NCBI GenBank assembly: GCA_000004985.1 | Contig: GG738884.1 | Reading direction: 5' to 3' (one strand) | DNA length: 64,000 nt | Source of the DNA: Naegleria gruberi | Lineage: Eukaryota | Notes under the pieces: model-generated | Database searches by the model: none | Seen by the model: the letters and a program-made list of their open reading frames with translations, nothing else | Told to the model about the DNA's origin: nothing | Shown here: in pieces, positions 1 through 11,791 of the stretch | Position numbering within the stretch: position 1 is the first letter of the stretch | Layout: every line of letters begins with the position of its first letter | Program-made: the position numbers and the translations under genes

Positions 1-345
1 GCTACAGTAGCATTTGTTACGAGCTTTGGAAGAATTTTAACAATAGGATCCAATCATAAAGGAGAGCTAGGTAGACCTTCCACCAAGTTTGATAATGCAG
101 GAGAATGTGAAATAGTTTCTAAAACTTCAAGTAACAAACCATTTTTTGTAAAAACAAAAAGTGGAGAATATGATTTATTGGCTCTTACAAAAGATGGAAA
201 AGTTTATAGATGTGGATATTCTCTTGGACTTGATGGAACATTAGAAAGACTTACTGAATTCGATTCACAAATATTGGACGAGGATGAAGTTTATGAAGAT
301 ATTGCCTTTACTGCTCGAAGAGGTTTTGCATTGACAAGTAAGTGA
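1..345 (+). CDS. 3' end of a gene encoding an RCC1-like repeat protein (the 5' part lies outside the window)
   Basis: Frame 1 is open from base 1 to TGA at 343-345. The translation contains RCC1-repeat-like motifs (GSNHKGELG, LALTKDGKVYRCGYSLGLDG). There is no start codon in the window. Confidence 0.45.
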   Translation, partial: ATVAFVTSFGRILTIGSNHKGELGRPSTKFDNAGECEIVSKTSSNKPFFVKTKSGEYDLLALTKDGKVYRCGYSLGLDGTLERLTEFDSQILDEDEVYEDIAFTARRGFALTSK

Positions 346-689
346 GCTTCTCATCGTTTTTAACTTTTTAAAGGCAAGAAAAGAATATTTTGTTTGAATA
401 ATTGTCAAGAAATAATAATCCCTCTCTCACCAATTCATTCTGTAACATTGCACGGTTTCCAGTTTTTGAGAGTAATTGTTAATGATAAGAAGTGCTACAT
501 TATGAAGAATAATGAATTGGTTATAGAATATGAAGCCACAGTACCTCGATTAGAAGAGCTGTATTTTTGTGGAACTTCTTACTATTCAGTTTACTATTGG
601 CGCAAATCAAAGGAGAGTTATTATTGTATAACTTTCAAACAGAACCTTATTAACTTGACAAAGCATGAGAGGTTGACTGATATTGCAAT

Positions 690-2580
690 TTACTTTCTTT
701 GAACTGGGCTTCTGTAAATTCCAAAGAATGCACAAGGCATTTTGTTTGCTTCTGAAAAGGTGGAATCTCCATTTCTACAAGTAGCATCAGAGTGATTAAT
801 TGCTGCATTATAGAGCGAACTTGTATAATTACCAACAAAACTCGATGCAGGAGTAGTCATGAAACAGCTAGAAACAGGAACAAGCCCATCGTTTGGCTCT
901 CCGTATTGAACCATTTGAGAAAAAATTTCCAGAGCTACACCATAATAACTCACCAAACCAAAAGGTGAACTACCACACAATCTGGCACTAATCTTTGGTT
1001 CAGAATATGAGAATATAGGATCACCCAAACACATAGGCTTCTTACCATGATAATTGGTAGTATTTGGATCACAATAATTTGGAAGTAAAGTTGCATCAGC
1101 GAGGTCTGGATTATCACCATCACAATTTCCTGTAACTTCTGCAACAAAATCTATAATTTTCTGAAGCTCATGAGGAGCTGTTTTGTGGACATATTGATAG
1201 CAGAGTGTTTTGAGATAGACTGCTGCTGGACTTCCATTAAATGGAGCTGATAAGCTTACCCATGTCGAGGTGGTCAGATCTAAGCTGCAATACCCCTTAT
1301 ACATAGCTGTTGGGAAAATCATATTTGCCATGGAGTGCGTGAACACTATTGTGTTGCTAATCACCTTTGAGTTGGTCTTATTCTTGTTTCCAATAAGGGC
1401 CAATTCACAATAAGATGTTTGTAAATGCTCTGAAGTCCATCCATTCTCTTTGGTATTTCTACGAATGAACCATCTCTCTGAACACAAGTCTTCAGTGTAT
1501 GAATTTACTTGACCCCAATAGTGTGGCCAATCATTGAGAGGAACACCCTAGAATAATAATTACAATAAGAACAATCCCAATCTGAAAACTTACCTCATTT
1601 TTCACACCAGCTCCATGAAGGAATACACAAATTTTCTTGGTTCCATTATTTTTCAAATTAAGCTTGTATAGTTCTTTGAGAAGAGAATTATTCGACTCTT
1701 CCTTAAACCAAACTAACTTCTTATTTGCTGTTGGTACATCTTTTTGATATTGCTTTTGAGGAGTAACAGTATGCTTGACACAAGTTTGAGAAAGTATCTT
1801 GACCTTTTCAAATAATTTAGAGTCTTGATCGTTGACAGAACTAATTTCAATCATGACATTACTAGATCTAATTCTGTACGGTGTTTTCTTTTCATTCACA
1901 CAAGCAATTAATGCTTCATTCGAATATTCTTGATTTAACAAATTCACAAACACTCTATCTCCTGAGTTACAACCTGCCAATCCAGACAATTGCATGTCAA
2001 AACTCTCCTTCCAATTTTCCAATTTAACAGCAGGTACAATCAGTTTGGAATACAGAACTGCCAAAGTTTTTTGAATTCCACTAACAAATCTATCACCCAT
2101 TCCAATAGCCCCATACTCCAACTGAATACAGCTCTTATTATGTGGAATTATCATGAATGTTTTCTCACTTTCCAATAAGATTGAAAGTGGTGATTCCAAA
2201 CTCTGAGCAAATATCTTTACCGAATCAACAAGAGCACTCTTGTCATTGAATAGTTGGAAGATTCCTCTCCATTCCATTTCATGGCGTTGGTTCAATCCAA
2301 AGTTAGAACCAGCAAAACCTTCATCATTACCACCAACAATCTTATTTGATGAAACTTGAGAAAATCTGAACGATCCCGATCTTGGAAATTGGAATGCAAC
2401 ATCCTCAGATGTATCTACAGACAATGCTCCAACAGCAAACTGCAGCAAGATGTGCAAGACTAACACGAGCAGGGCGATCTTCATTGAATAATTTGTAGAC
2501 ATTTTTTTCTTGTTGATAATCTTAAATTGTTGAGGATTCTTGAGACGAATCATCATCGTTTGGTAAGGGTATTGAGCCAT
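690..2580 (-). CDS. secreted hypothetical protein with two exons; possibly an alpha/beta-hydrolase (lipase-like), product uncertain
   Basis: The exons are 2580..1594 and 1547..690. The intron 1593..1548 (46 nt) runs GTAAGT...TTCTAG, and ORFs 1531..2580 and 690..1487 join in frame across it. ATG is at 2580, or at an internal Met before the signal-peptide-like MKIALLVLVLHILLQFAVGALS. LHGAG and FTHSMAN motifs give a weak resemblance to hydrolases. Confidence 0.5.
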
Positions 2581-2840
2581 CCTTTACAATGAGTTACTTG
2601 ATGATGGTTATTATAAATTATCCGTTGCTAGAAGAATTATTGTTGGTGAAGAGGAAAAATTCGGTCAACTCCCCACCATGAATTTTCAATTTATATTTGT
2701 TTAGGAAATTGAAAATAATCCTTCATCCCAGTGCTGTTTGTGTAAAACTTTTACAATAACAATTTAACATTTCACTTTCGTCAACCAAAGGAGAACTTGG
2801 GTGAACAAAAACTTCAACTCTTTTACAAAACCAGAAAAAA

Positions 2841-3302
2841 ATGCAACAATTATGTTGGGATGAATTGATTAACATTTCCTCTTTTCTTCCTCTTGGTGAT
2901 TTGCTGAATTCCTTCCGTTTGGTAAATAGGGAATTTCTCTCTCTTTTCCGAGAGTTGGAATTGAGTAGGAATTTTTGGATGAACCTATACAAGAGTTTCA
3001 TCTCATCCCGAATTGATTTATATAATGATTTAATTAATGAGAGTTTGGAAATGAGGGGGAGAATACTGCATTCATGTAAGGAAAAAAGGAATGGAGGGAA
3101 AGGCTTGGGAATTTTCATATCAAATCAAAAACTTGCTAATGGAATTATGAGAGAAATGTTGCATAGTTATGATTCTTATCATAATGGATGGAAATGGTGT
3201 ACTGATAATAGAGATTGGTGCTATGGAAAACCATTCATCCCCAGATTTTTCCTTTCAGTCCTTTATTTCTCAACAATCATCATAATCAGCATACCAATTT
3301 GA
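2841..3302 (+). CDS. small F-box-like protein (153 aa)
   Basis: ATG at 2841. The N-terminus WDELINISSFLPLGDLLNSFRLVNREF fits the F-box consensus. Single ORF. Confidence 0.35.
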   Translation: MQQLCWDELINISSFLPLGDLLNSFRLVNREFLSLFRELELSRNFWMNLYKSFISSRIDLYNDLINESLEMRGRILHSCKEKRNGGKGLGIFISNQKLANGIMREMLHSYDSYHNGWKWCTDNRDWCYGKPFIPRFFLSVLYFSTIIIISIPI

Positions 3303-3948
3303 ACATGCTTATTATCAAAATAATAAGATGAATTGTCACTAGTTATTCGAAACAGAGCAACCAGCTCATTAGATCTTGAAAATTAATGATCTGGCCAATT
3401 AATACAAAAGGAAGTAAAAGTAGCTTTCTTTGTTGATTGAAGAAACCACAAAAGAGCGCAATTCTCTATCTTTATACCTGTCATTTCGATCAAATGTCGT
3501 AACGGTAATAATTTTCACAATAAAAAATGAAACTAACTGTTTCCATCATTGAGTGCAAGAATCTAATAGTTGGGGACCTAATAACCAACCTTGCCGATCC
3601 CTATGTAGTACGTTAATTTCTTTTATTGTTATTCGAAAGTAGTTTACGGAAACATTTCTAACGAACGCAAATCATCCCAACACCTTTTTTCTTCCATTAA
3701 ATTATTACCATCATCATCAAATCGTCAACTTTCTAATAATCATTATCGGATTCTAATAGATTTGTACCATCAATGCTCCAGCACAAGAAATTAGAGAAGA
3801 AGAAAAAGTTCTACCATCACCCTCAGCAGTCATTTCCACTCACAAAACACTCGCCGATAAAGAAGGTGGAGTTATTGGTTCTGCCTATGGTTCATTCGCA
3901 AGTTTACAACATTTAAATACTTTACAAAATCCTTTACTAAGTAATACA

Positions 3949-5465
3949 GTGGAGAATATAAATCAATCACCAACTACTCCAAGAAAAAAGTCACTATGTA
4001 TTACTAGTAGTTTACATCAATCGAATGAATTGGCTAAATACTATTCACCTCCGACAACTATTACTCCGACAACTCCTAGATCTTCACGGAAATTCTCAAG
4101 TAATGATTTGGCCAAAAAGAGAGCCTCTACTAGAACTATCAATAGTTCAAGTAGTGGAGGAAATACATCAAGTATTTCTGAAGATATCCATAGTGGTAGT
4201 AATGGAATTGGACACATTGTCAATGGACACAGATCTTCCTCTTCATCAGATTCCAATGATAAAAACTCTGCAGTTACAATGGACTCGCCAGTCTATGAAT
4301 ACGAGAATAGGAGACCTTGTGAATTTAAAAACAGAAAAATCATTGCACAGAAAAAGACTGAAATCATTTACAATAATTTGAATCCAATATTTACGGATGA
4401 ACATTTGGTTGTGGAGGGAATTAAGGATGAATCAGTTGTGAAAAATTGGATAATTACATTGGAAGTGTTTGATTATGATTATATGAAATATGATGATTGT
4501 AGGTTTTTTATTTGTTTATTGGAATTGAAAGTTTTATTGTAAAAAATGTCAAGATTTGGGAAGTGTTGAAATTTCATTTGAAAAGTATCAAATTCAAGTT
4601 TTGCAACCAATGGTTTTGACAGTGCCACTTGAAGGTGTTCCAAATGGAGAAATTACAATTGATATTAATCTAGGTGAAGAATCGAAGGTTTTTGGTTTGG
4701 AATTGGAAAAGATCATGTCACGTCATCGTGAAAAGATTCATGGACTTGGCTTACCAAAATGTGTTCATGATATGTTTGTCTTTTTGTCTGATGAGATATC
4801 TATATGTGAAGAGGGTATATTCAGGTAGGTTGTTTACAATGAAGAGTTCAATATATATTTACCTTAACGTGTGTGAAATTTCATTATACATGTGAAAATA
4901 ATGTAGAATTCCTGGAAAGTCAGATCTCATTACAGCAATCAAGAAACAATACGATCAAAATGAGGATAAAGAGATTAAGAATTACATTCTTGATCAGGAG
5001 AAGGTCTTTTTAACAGATCCAGAACAGAAAAGATCACCTGCCATGGTTAAGATAACAGCTTCTCTATTGAAAGATTTTATCAGATCCTTACCAACACCCC
5101 TTCTAACCTATCAACTCTATGATGAATTTGTGGATTTAAAGAATGATGACAAGACAATTTTAGAACTCATTCAAAAATTACCACCTCTCCATCAACACTT
5201 GCTGTATTGGTTACTTGCTTTGATTTCAATGATTGAATCTAAATCACAACTCAACAAAATGTCAGCCTCCAGCTTGGCAAGCGTGATTGCTATCAATTTA
5301 TTAAGAAAAAAGGATGAAAACAAGTCAGCCAATTCCCTAGAATCTCTCAGAATGGAAACTGATAGGGTTATCAAATGTGTAGAACTTCTCATTAACAAGT
5401 ATCAAACCGTTCTCAAACCATACTTTGAAAAGACTTACAGTTTTTTCAAACAACAAGAGTTGTAA
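3949..5465 (+). CDS. C2-domain plus RhoGAP-domain protein with three exons (5' end uncertain)
   Basis: Exons 3949..4498, 4554..4824 and 4907..5465. Intron 1 is 4499..4553 (GTAGGT...TCAAG, phase 1). Intron 2 is 4825..4906 (GTAGGT...ATGTAG) and splicing restores the RhoGAP arginine-finger motif EGIFRIPG. The C2-like region is NLNPIFTDEHLVV...LEVFDYDYMKYDD|YLGSVEISF. The GAP core runs LLTYQLYDEF...LLYWLLALI. The reading frame is open from 3760, but there is no in-frame ATG before 4279, so an upstream exon is possible. Confidence 0.7.
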
Positions 5466-5659
5466 TTTAATATAAATTTTGCTTCAAATATTCAAATCAA
5501 TAAATAAATTAAAATACTAATAATTTAGATTTTCAAAATAGGAAATTAATTTTTAAATAAATTTTGTTTTTTATTGACCTACAAGCAATGTCCCTGTTGG
5601 TGATTTTTTTGTTTGTGTGTATGTTACTGTGTGTGATTGTGACCATCTATCTATTGGAT

Positions 5660-6868
5660 TTATTCGTTCATCTTCAAAACGACCTTTCTTTCTTGACCAT
5701 CTTCGAAACTCTTTTCCAAAGCATAATTAAATTCAGAGAATTTGTGTGTTTCGACCAAAGCCAACAACTTCTTGTCAATAACGAGTTTGGACAATTCGTC
5801 AATCATCTTTTGTCTTTCTTCCTTTGAGTGAGTTTCGACCCATCTAGTCATCCAAAAACCTTTAAGAGTAATGTTGTTGAAAATGAATGGGCTCGTTGGG
5901 ACAGTGATACCTTGTCTAGACATACCACCATATGTCACCATAACACCATCTTCAGCCAAATACTTGGTAACAATACGAGCAGCATCACCACCAACACAGT
6001 TCAAGGCCAATTTTGGCTTTGGTAAATCCGATAATAAACGAGACATCTTAGTATTATTGCTAGCGAAAGAATAATCCATAACAATATCAGCTCCTAATTG
6101 CTTCATTCTTTGCACTGTTAAATCGTGATTTTGTCTTTGTCTAATCAAGTTAATAGTTTGAATACCACGTAATTTGGCCAATTGGATAACCATCAAACCA
6201 ACCATGGAATTAGCACCGTTTTGAATAATGACATCACCTGGCTTCAATTCAGCAAAGTCAGAAAGAAGTCTATAAGCAGTACAAGGGTTAACGGAAAGAA
6301 TTGAAGCATATTCAACTGGCAATTCCTTTGGTACAGTTGTAACATCTTCAGCTTTACAAACGAGGTGAGTTCTCCAAGTACCCAAACCACCATTGCTTGG
6401 AATGACATGATCACCCTTCTTAAGACCGGTAACACCAGAACCAACTTCTTCAACAATACCAACACCTTCATTACCAGGAACAGCTGGGAAAGACTTTGGA
6501 CTCTTTCCGTACACTCCTTGAATTGTATTAATATCGGCTGGGTTGATTGGTGCTGCTAACATTTTAATGACAACTTCATCATTCTTAACAGAGGTATCAA
6601 TATCAACATTTTCAACTCTAAATAGAAAATTAACGTTCAAAGTTATTGTTCATCATTATCATATTTCCAATAAAAAGATAATAAAATTTCATATTTTTTT
6701 AGTTTCAATCCACATCATCGCTTTATACACTTACTTCAAAACTTCCAATGGATTACCGAACTTTTCATAACGAACAGCCTTTGATTGGACTGTAGCATAG
6801 AAACAATTTCTTGGAGCAAAGGAAAGGGTATTGTTAATACGGGCAAGAGATTGGATGGATTTTCTCAT
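5660..6868 (-). CDS. MECR: mitochondrial trans-2-enoyl-CoA reductase (MECR/Etr1-like, MDR superfamily), two exons
   Basis: Exons 6868..6735 and 6617..5660. The intron 6734..6618 (117 nt) runs GTAAGT...TTTCTATTTAG. The spliced N-terminus is MRKSIQSLARINN...VRYEKFGNPLEVLK|VENVDIDTSVKNDEVVIKMLAAPINPADINTIQGVYG, which matches the MECR signature. It has a presequence-like N-terminus. Confidence 0.8.
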
Positions 6869-6912
6869 TTTTTTTCTTTCTTTACAAAAAATATTTTTTA
6901 ATTTTTTTAAAA
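6869..6912. promoter_or_regulatory. 44-bp head-to-head intergenic region shared by MECR (minus) and the 6913 gene (plus); putative bidirectional promoter
   Basis: The two start codons, at 6868 (minus) and 6913 (plus), are 44 bp apart. The spacer is T/A-rich (tttttttctttctttacaaaaaatattttttaattttttt). Confidence 0.4.
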
Positions 6913-7845
6913 ATGCGTTCGTTGTTATGTGGGAAAGTCATCAATAGAAACTTTTCAATTCCTTCATCTGCAGCATCTTGTGGAGTTGGTCTTCTTCTTG
7001 GTAGGAAATTGTTAACTACAACAATACCTCATCAAGTAATATTGTCAAATTGTTCATCTTGTTTGAAACAAGTATCATTGATAAATCCGAATGAGAATCA
7101 TCACAGACAATTCTTTTTTAAAAAATCATCAAATAGTATCATTCCGAAGGATGGAGAAAAGGAGGAGGATTATAACAAATTTACTTCTTCATTCTATGTG
7201 AAGGCTTTGGCTCCTTTGATTGCTGCTTTAGTTTATTGGTATTTGAAGGATTGGGAGAGTAAGAAGGTAAAGGTTGATTTTGATGCTTTGAAAAAGTATT
7301 TGGAAACTTATCAAGATCAAATTAGAGAACAGGCTTTCTTGGCTGCTCTCGAATCACTTTCTCATCAAGAACATCGTGAATTGATGAATGATGTCATTTC
7401 TCAATCCTCAGAGAATGGAAAATATTTGGTTGGTGTTTCGAATTCAGAAAATATTAATCATTTTGATTTGGAAATTCAAGTTATGAGTGATATGAAAACT
7501 TATAAACCACACACTCTTGTGGATGGACAGGTCAAGTATGCTTTATTTGGAGAATTGTGGCACGTGGAAGAAAAGAATCCATCAACACTTCAAGCTTATG
7601 GAAAGAAATGTTTCGATTCTAGAGATATTACTTTGAATATTCATTGTCCTGTTAGAATTTTGGCAAAGCCAGCAAATGGAGCTGTCTTGGGTCATTTGGG
7701 CGATAAACCATTGTGCTATTTGGTTGCTAATATTCAAATGAAATGTGTTGAAAAGGATTTTATACCAGCCAAGAGGCCAGAGTTGACCATTTCAAAAATT
7801 TCTATTGCTCCAATTACATCACACTTTTCAACAATACTGGTTTGA
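6913..7845 (+). CDS. hypothetical protein (310 aa) with a mitochondrial-presequence-like N-terminus
   Basis: ATG at 6913. The N-terminus MRSLLCGKVINRNFSIPSSAASCGVGLLLGRKLLTTT looks like a presequence. I recognised no domain. Confidence 0.4.
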   Translation: MRSLLCGKVINRNFSIPSSAASCGVGLLLGRKLLTTTIPHQVILSNCSSCLKQVSLINPNENHHRQFFFKKSSNSIIPKDGEKEEDYNKFTSSFYVKALAPLIAALVYWYLKDWESKKVKVDFDALKKYLETYQDQIREQAFLAALESLSHQEHRELMNDVISQSSENGKYLVGVSNSENINHFDLEIQVMSDMKTYKPHTLVDGQVKYALFGELWHVEEKNPSTLQAYGKKCFDSRDITLNIHCPVRILAKPANGAVLGHLGDKPLCYLVANIQMKCVEKDFIPAKRPELTISKISIAPITSHFSTILV

Positions 7846-8330
7846 AGGAACAAAGATTATTTGAAGAAATAGAAGTTGAAAAAGCCCTTGCACCAAATGG
7901 TGTTCACCATGCAGCAGATGGTCTTCATAACCAATCCTTCTCTTGGAAATTCTTCAATTAGAGATTGAATGACACTCATTAAGGTTGGATTTTAGTGTCG
8001 AGTTATTTGAATTATGAGACTTGAGTTTATACTGTATTGCTCGAAATACACATTTGTGTGAGAAACAATTTCACAGTTTAATATATTTTCAATTATGAAA
8101 TATCGTCTAATTTATTATTTATCTATTAATCCACATGGTGACACAGTGTTCCAAGCACTTGCCAGAACAAAGTTGAATTTGAAATTCTATTTTTAACTTG
8201 ATTCTCAATTTCAAACATGAAAAAACCATAAATCCTTCAAATTCAACATTCACTTCGAGAAAACAAATCGAAACAACAAAAAAAAAACAATCCAACAACC
8301 AATCCTATAGCCGAGCTATTGCTAATCATC

Positions 8331-8975
8331 ATGTCCGTAACAACTCTCCCTGTAAATAATAACACTACCACCACTAACTCAACAACAACCTTCTCTAAGA
8401 ATCAACTCATTGCTCAAGAAGAAGCAGAGTGGACAAAGAAGAAGGATCGTTTTCTAACTTGTAAAGAAGCACTGAATAGAATCATGTGGGATTCTGATTT
8501 AAATGATGCCTATCTTCACTTGTCAATGATTTACAAAGACAGATTTGAAGGTGACACTTTTATTTCATATGAAGAATTCTTAAATAGTGATTTGGCAGAA
8601 GAACTTCCACAGCACAGAATTCAACAATTGATCTACAGAGATGAATACGTATTCTGGGATAAGAATAACAGAATTGATTTGTTATCAAATGGTCAATTAA
8701 GAGAATTGATTTTGAAATTCCAAAGAGAAGAAGAGGAAAGAATTGCTAGAGAACAAGCTGAATTCACAACTGTTTTGCAACCAACTCCAACTCCTGAAAC
8801 CTCAACAAGTTCAAAAAAGAAGAACAAGAAGAATAAGAAAATCATGAAGGAATTTGTTAGAAATCAAGAAACAGTTCAACAATATAATTCTTCATCTTCA
8901 TCTGAGGAAGAAGATGATTATGATCAATATATGGAAGAATATGATGAACAATATTCAAGATATTTGAATCATTAA
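8331..8975 (+). CDS. hypothetical protein with a DUF504/MJ1316-like segment and an acidic C-terminus
   Basis: ORF 8319..8975; the first ATG is at 8331. The region ALNRIMWDSD...IPQHRIQQLIYRDEYVFWDKNNRIDLL resembles the MJ1316 (DUF504) domain. This is low-confidence pattern recognition. Confidence 0.35.
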   Translation: MSVTTLPVNNNTTTTNSTTTFSKNQLIAQEEAEWTKKKDRFLTCKEALNRIMWDSDLNDAYLHLSMIYKDRFEGDTFISYEEFLNSDLAEELPQHRIQQLIYRDEYVFWDKNNRIDLLSNGQLRELILKFQREEEERIAREQAEFTTVLQPTPTPETSTSSKKKNKKNKKIMKEFVRNQETVQQYNSSSSSEEEDDYDQYMEEYDEQYSRYLNH

Positions 8976-9050
8976 ATGAAAAATAATTATTTTGTTAACT
9001 TTCTCTTTATTTTGAGAAGATGAATTTATTGGAATATAATAGAAACCTAA

Positions 9051-11534
9051 CTAATTACGTTTCTTAAATAATGGATGGACAGTTTTAGCGACCTTTTTCT
9101 TCTTTTTTGAGGAATTGCTTGCTTCAAAGGTATGATAATACACTTCATTGGCACCTCCTGATAGCAATGCCAAACTAGTATCACCACTATGGCTGCCACT
9201 TTGAAAGTCATCATTGGGAATATCTTCCAATTTTCCATTAACATCTTTAGCATTCTTGACAAGTTTTAGAAATTCCAATTCATCCTCTTTTGTTTTCATA
9301 AATTTGGTCTCCACTCTATTACTCGAGTAGTACTTTTGAATGTCAGCCAAAACTCTGAAACTGTATCCTTGATTGGTAAGGAATTGTTGTCTCTTGGTTG
9401 CAAAGAACATTTCCTTTGTGTCTTGTGAGACGAGTGAGTAAAAGTAAGCTTGCTTATTGGTTCCATTCTTTGGACGAAGGATACGACCCAATCTCTGAGC
9501 TTCTTGTCTTCTGCTGCCGAAATGGGACGAAATTTGAATAATTACAGTTGCCTCAGGAATATCAATGGCTGTATCACCAACCTTACTAAGGAAAACAGTG
9601 TTAAAATTACCACTCTTGAATCGATTCAAGACATCCAAACGCTCAGACTCCCTGGTTTTACCATAAATGTAAGGAAGTTTCAATTTGATGGCATACTGTT
9701 CCAGAGTGAAGGTATTATCACTGAAAACAATTATCTTATCTCCATGCTTTTCATGATATCTAATGAGAAATTCACAAGCCCTAAACTTATTTGGATTCAT
9801 CACATAGTACAAACTCTGTTTGGCATAATTTGAGGAAAGATACTCGGCATAGAATTCTGCAGTCATTGGACACCAAACTTCGACACATTGTACATTGGCA
9901 AGATGTCCCTTCTTTTGTAAATCCAACCAATTGGCTTCGTAGAGTTTTGGTCCAATGAGGAAATTTAAATCCTCCTGCTTGTTATCCTCACGTAATAGAG
10001 TTGCAGTCAATCCCAATTTACAATGAGCTTTCAAATGGGATGCTCTGAATGAATCAGCAGGGTATACTTGAACTTCATCGAACATTAGCAATCCCCACTC
10101 TCTATTTTCAATGTACTCCATCATTTGTTTGGATTCTTCACTTCTCCTTCCCTTAAATGAAATCATACTATAGGTGGTGATTAACACAACGGCCTTATTT
10201 GGATCTTTTGGAAGAGTGGCCTTCTGTTGTGAGGTATGAACTAGAATACTATCATCGTCAATGGTACTCCACAATCTGAATTGATTCTTCCACTGAAAGA
10301 CACTCACTGTATTGATACATAGTACTAGGGTGTGTTTCTTGATTGTGCTGGCAGCTGTCACTCCAACTAAGGTCTTTCCTGCACCACATGGTAGAACAAT
10401 GATCCCACTTCGAGCTCTTCCATTGCTGAACATTTTGTTGAGTGATTTTTCTTGATAGGAACGAATGGTGGTGGTTGGTTTGAGGTCAATTACGAGTGAA
10501 CTATTCCTCTTATCATTTCTAAAATCATATTCATCCAAAGTTGGGTGTCCAATTACAATACATTGCTTTTTGACAGATTCAATAGATTTGGATGAAATTT
10601 CGAATGAATAGAGAGTTTCATGTGGTTCACTATCCAAATCGTTATCATCTTCATATTCTTCTTCATAATTCGAATGATTGATTGCTCCAATCATTTCCTT
10701 TTGAACATGGTGTTGTTCATTCATAGTATTGGAAAGAGAATTTGAATTTGTTGAAATTAGAGTTTGTTTTTGAAAAGCCTCAACTTGATTAGACTTTGAT
10801 TTGATAATGAAACGCTTACTCGAATCCAAATATTCGAATTCATTTGGATTTGGTATCAGAGCAGCTTTGCCAATAACTGAATCATTTCTCAACTTTTCTA
10901 TAATTTGTAAAATAGGAGATTCCAGAAAGAATCGATTCTTCTGTAAGACGAATTTCACACTTCCATATTTAGAAGTGGTCTTTCTAATAAAATCAATCAA
11001 GTCTGTTGGTAATTTAACCTTACTCAACTTGTCCAAAACTTGAATAATATAATCACAAGTCAATCCAATACTAACAGCTCCATAAAGTGAGAATTCTTTC
11101 AATTGATATTCATGTAAATTTTCCATACGTGAGATTGGTTCTGCAATGGCCACAAGAAAATCATAAGCCTGCTGATAAACTGGTGTGTTAGTTTCCATGA
11201 AAATGTGATAATCTCCATTATCACCACTACACACCCAAATTGGACGTGATTCGTGGTCTGATTTCAGATCCATTGAAGAATGATCGAATTGAATTCCTTC
11301 CTTTTGTTTGAAAATGTCAGTTGCCAACTTTTCTGCTTGTTTGGAGATTTGACTGTCTGTATCATTTTCAATATTGTCATATTTTGTCTTTTTGTTTTTT
11401 GATTTAGTTTCTGATTTTCTTCTCTTTTTTTCATTCTTTTCATTGGTTGGATTTGGGTTATTCGAATGTTGAGTTTGATTCGTTTCTTCTTGTTGGCTAT
11501 TATTCATGTTGATGCTGGTATTACTTGAGAGCAT
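9051..11534 (-). CDS. ERCC3: TFIIH helicase subunit XPB/ERCC3/Ssl2 (827 aa), single exon
   Basis: ATG at 11534. Helicase motif I is VLPCGAGKTLVGVTAA. The N-terminus has the XPB-specific block FLVAIAEPISRMENLHEYQLKEFSLYGAVSIGL...KYGSVKFVLQKNRFFLES. The C-terminus ends ...VHPLFKKRN, as in XPB (HPLFKRFRK). Confidence 0.9.
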   Translation of the reverse strand: MLSSNTSINMNNSQQEETNQTQHSNNPNPTNEKNEKKRRKSETKSKNKKTKYDNIENDTDSQISKQAEKLATDIFKQKEGIQFDHSSMDLKSDHESRPIWVCSGDNGDYHIFMETNTPVYQQAYDFLVAIAEPISRMENLHEYQLKEFSLYGAVSIGLTCDYIIQVLDKLSKVKLPTDLIDFIRKTTSKYGSVKFVLQKNRFFLESPILQIIEKLRNDSVIGKAALIPNPNEFEYLDSSKRFIIKSKSNQVEAFQKQTLISTNSNSLSNTMNEQHHVQKEMIGAINHSNYEEEYEDDNDLDSEPHETLYSFEISSKSIESVKKQCIVIGHPTLDEYDFRNDKRNSSLVIDLKPTTTIRSYQEKSLNKMFSNGRARSGIIVLPCGAGKTLVGVTAASTIKKHTLVLCINTVSVFQWKNQFRLWSTIDDDSILVHTSQQKATLPKDPNKAVVLITTYSMISFKGRRSEESKQMMEYIENREWGLLMFDEVQVYPADSFRASHLKAHCKLGLTATLLREDNKQEDLNFLIGPKLYEANWLDLQKKGHLANVQCVEVWCPMTAEFYAEYLSSNYAKQSLYYVMNPNKFRACEFLIRYHEKHGDKIIVFSDNTFTLEQYAIKLKLPYIYGKTRESERLDVLNRFKSGNFNTVFLSKVGDTAIDIPEATVIIQISSHFGSRRQEAQRLGRILRPKNGTNKQAYFYSLVSQDTKEMFFATKRQQFLTNQGYSFRVLADIQKYYSSNRVETKFMKTKEDELEFLKLVKNAKDVNGKLEDIPNDDFQSGSHSGDTSLALLSGGANEVYYHTFEASNSSKKKKKVAKTVHPLFKKRN

Positions 11535-11791
11535 AATAGGTGATTTGGTGTCGATGTATTTTTTTAGAAAATTCTATTGATTATTTATAGACTGTCGTCC
11601 TATTTTTTTCAAAATTTTAATTCACAAATTTCACTTCTATTATTAGCACGATCATCAATATTTGGAAATGAATCTGAGAAAAATTTATCATCATCACGGT
11701 CTAATTCCATCAAATGATTTGGATTGTTAATTAACACGTATTTAAATAACAAATTAATTATTAATAAAATTAAAGTTTTAATACTAAAAAA

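Noticed and set aside
394-702. ORF of 102 aa just downstream of the RCC1-like gene end.
   Set aside because: It has a TTG start, no recognisable domain and atypical composition. It might be a 3' exon of the upstream gene, but I found no acceptable splice site (the only candidate ends in AAG after a poor tract). I left it unannotated.
8700-8960. A possible transposon or low-complexity repeat in the acidic tail of the 8331..8975 gene and the K-rich stretches of neighbouring genes.
   Set aside because: These are ordinary charged low-complexity coding tails (E/D/K-rich). I saw no terminal inverted repeats, LTRs or transposase or reverse-transcriptase motifs anywhere in the window.
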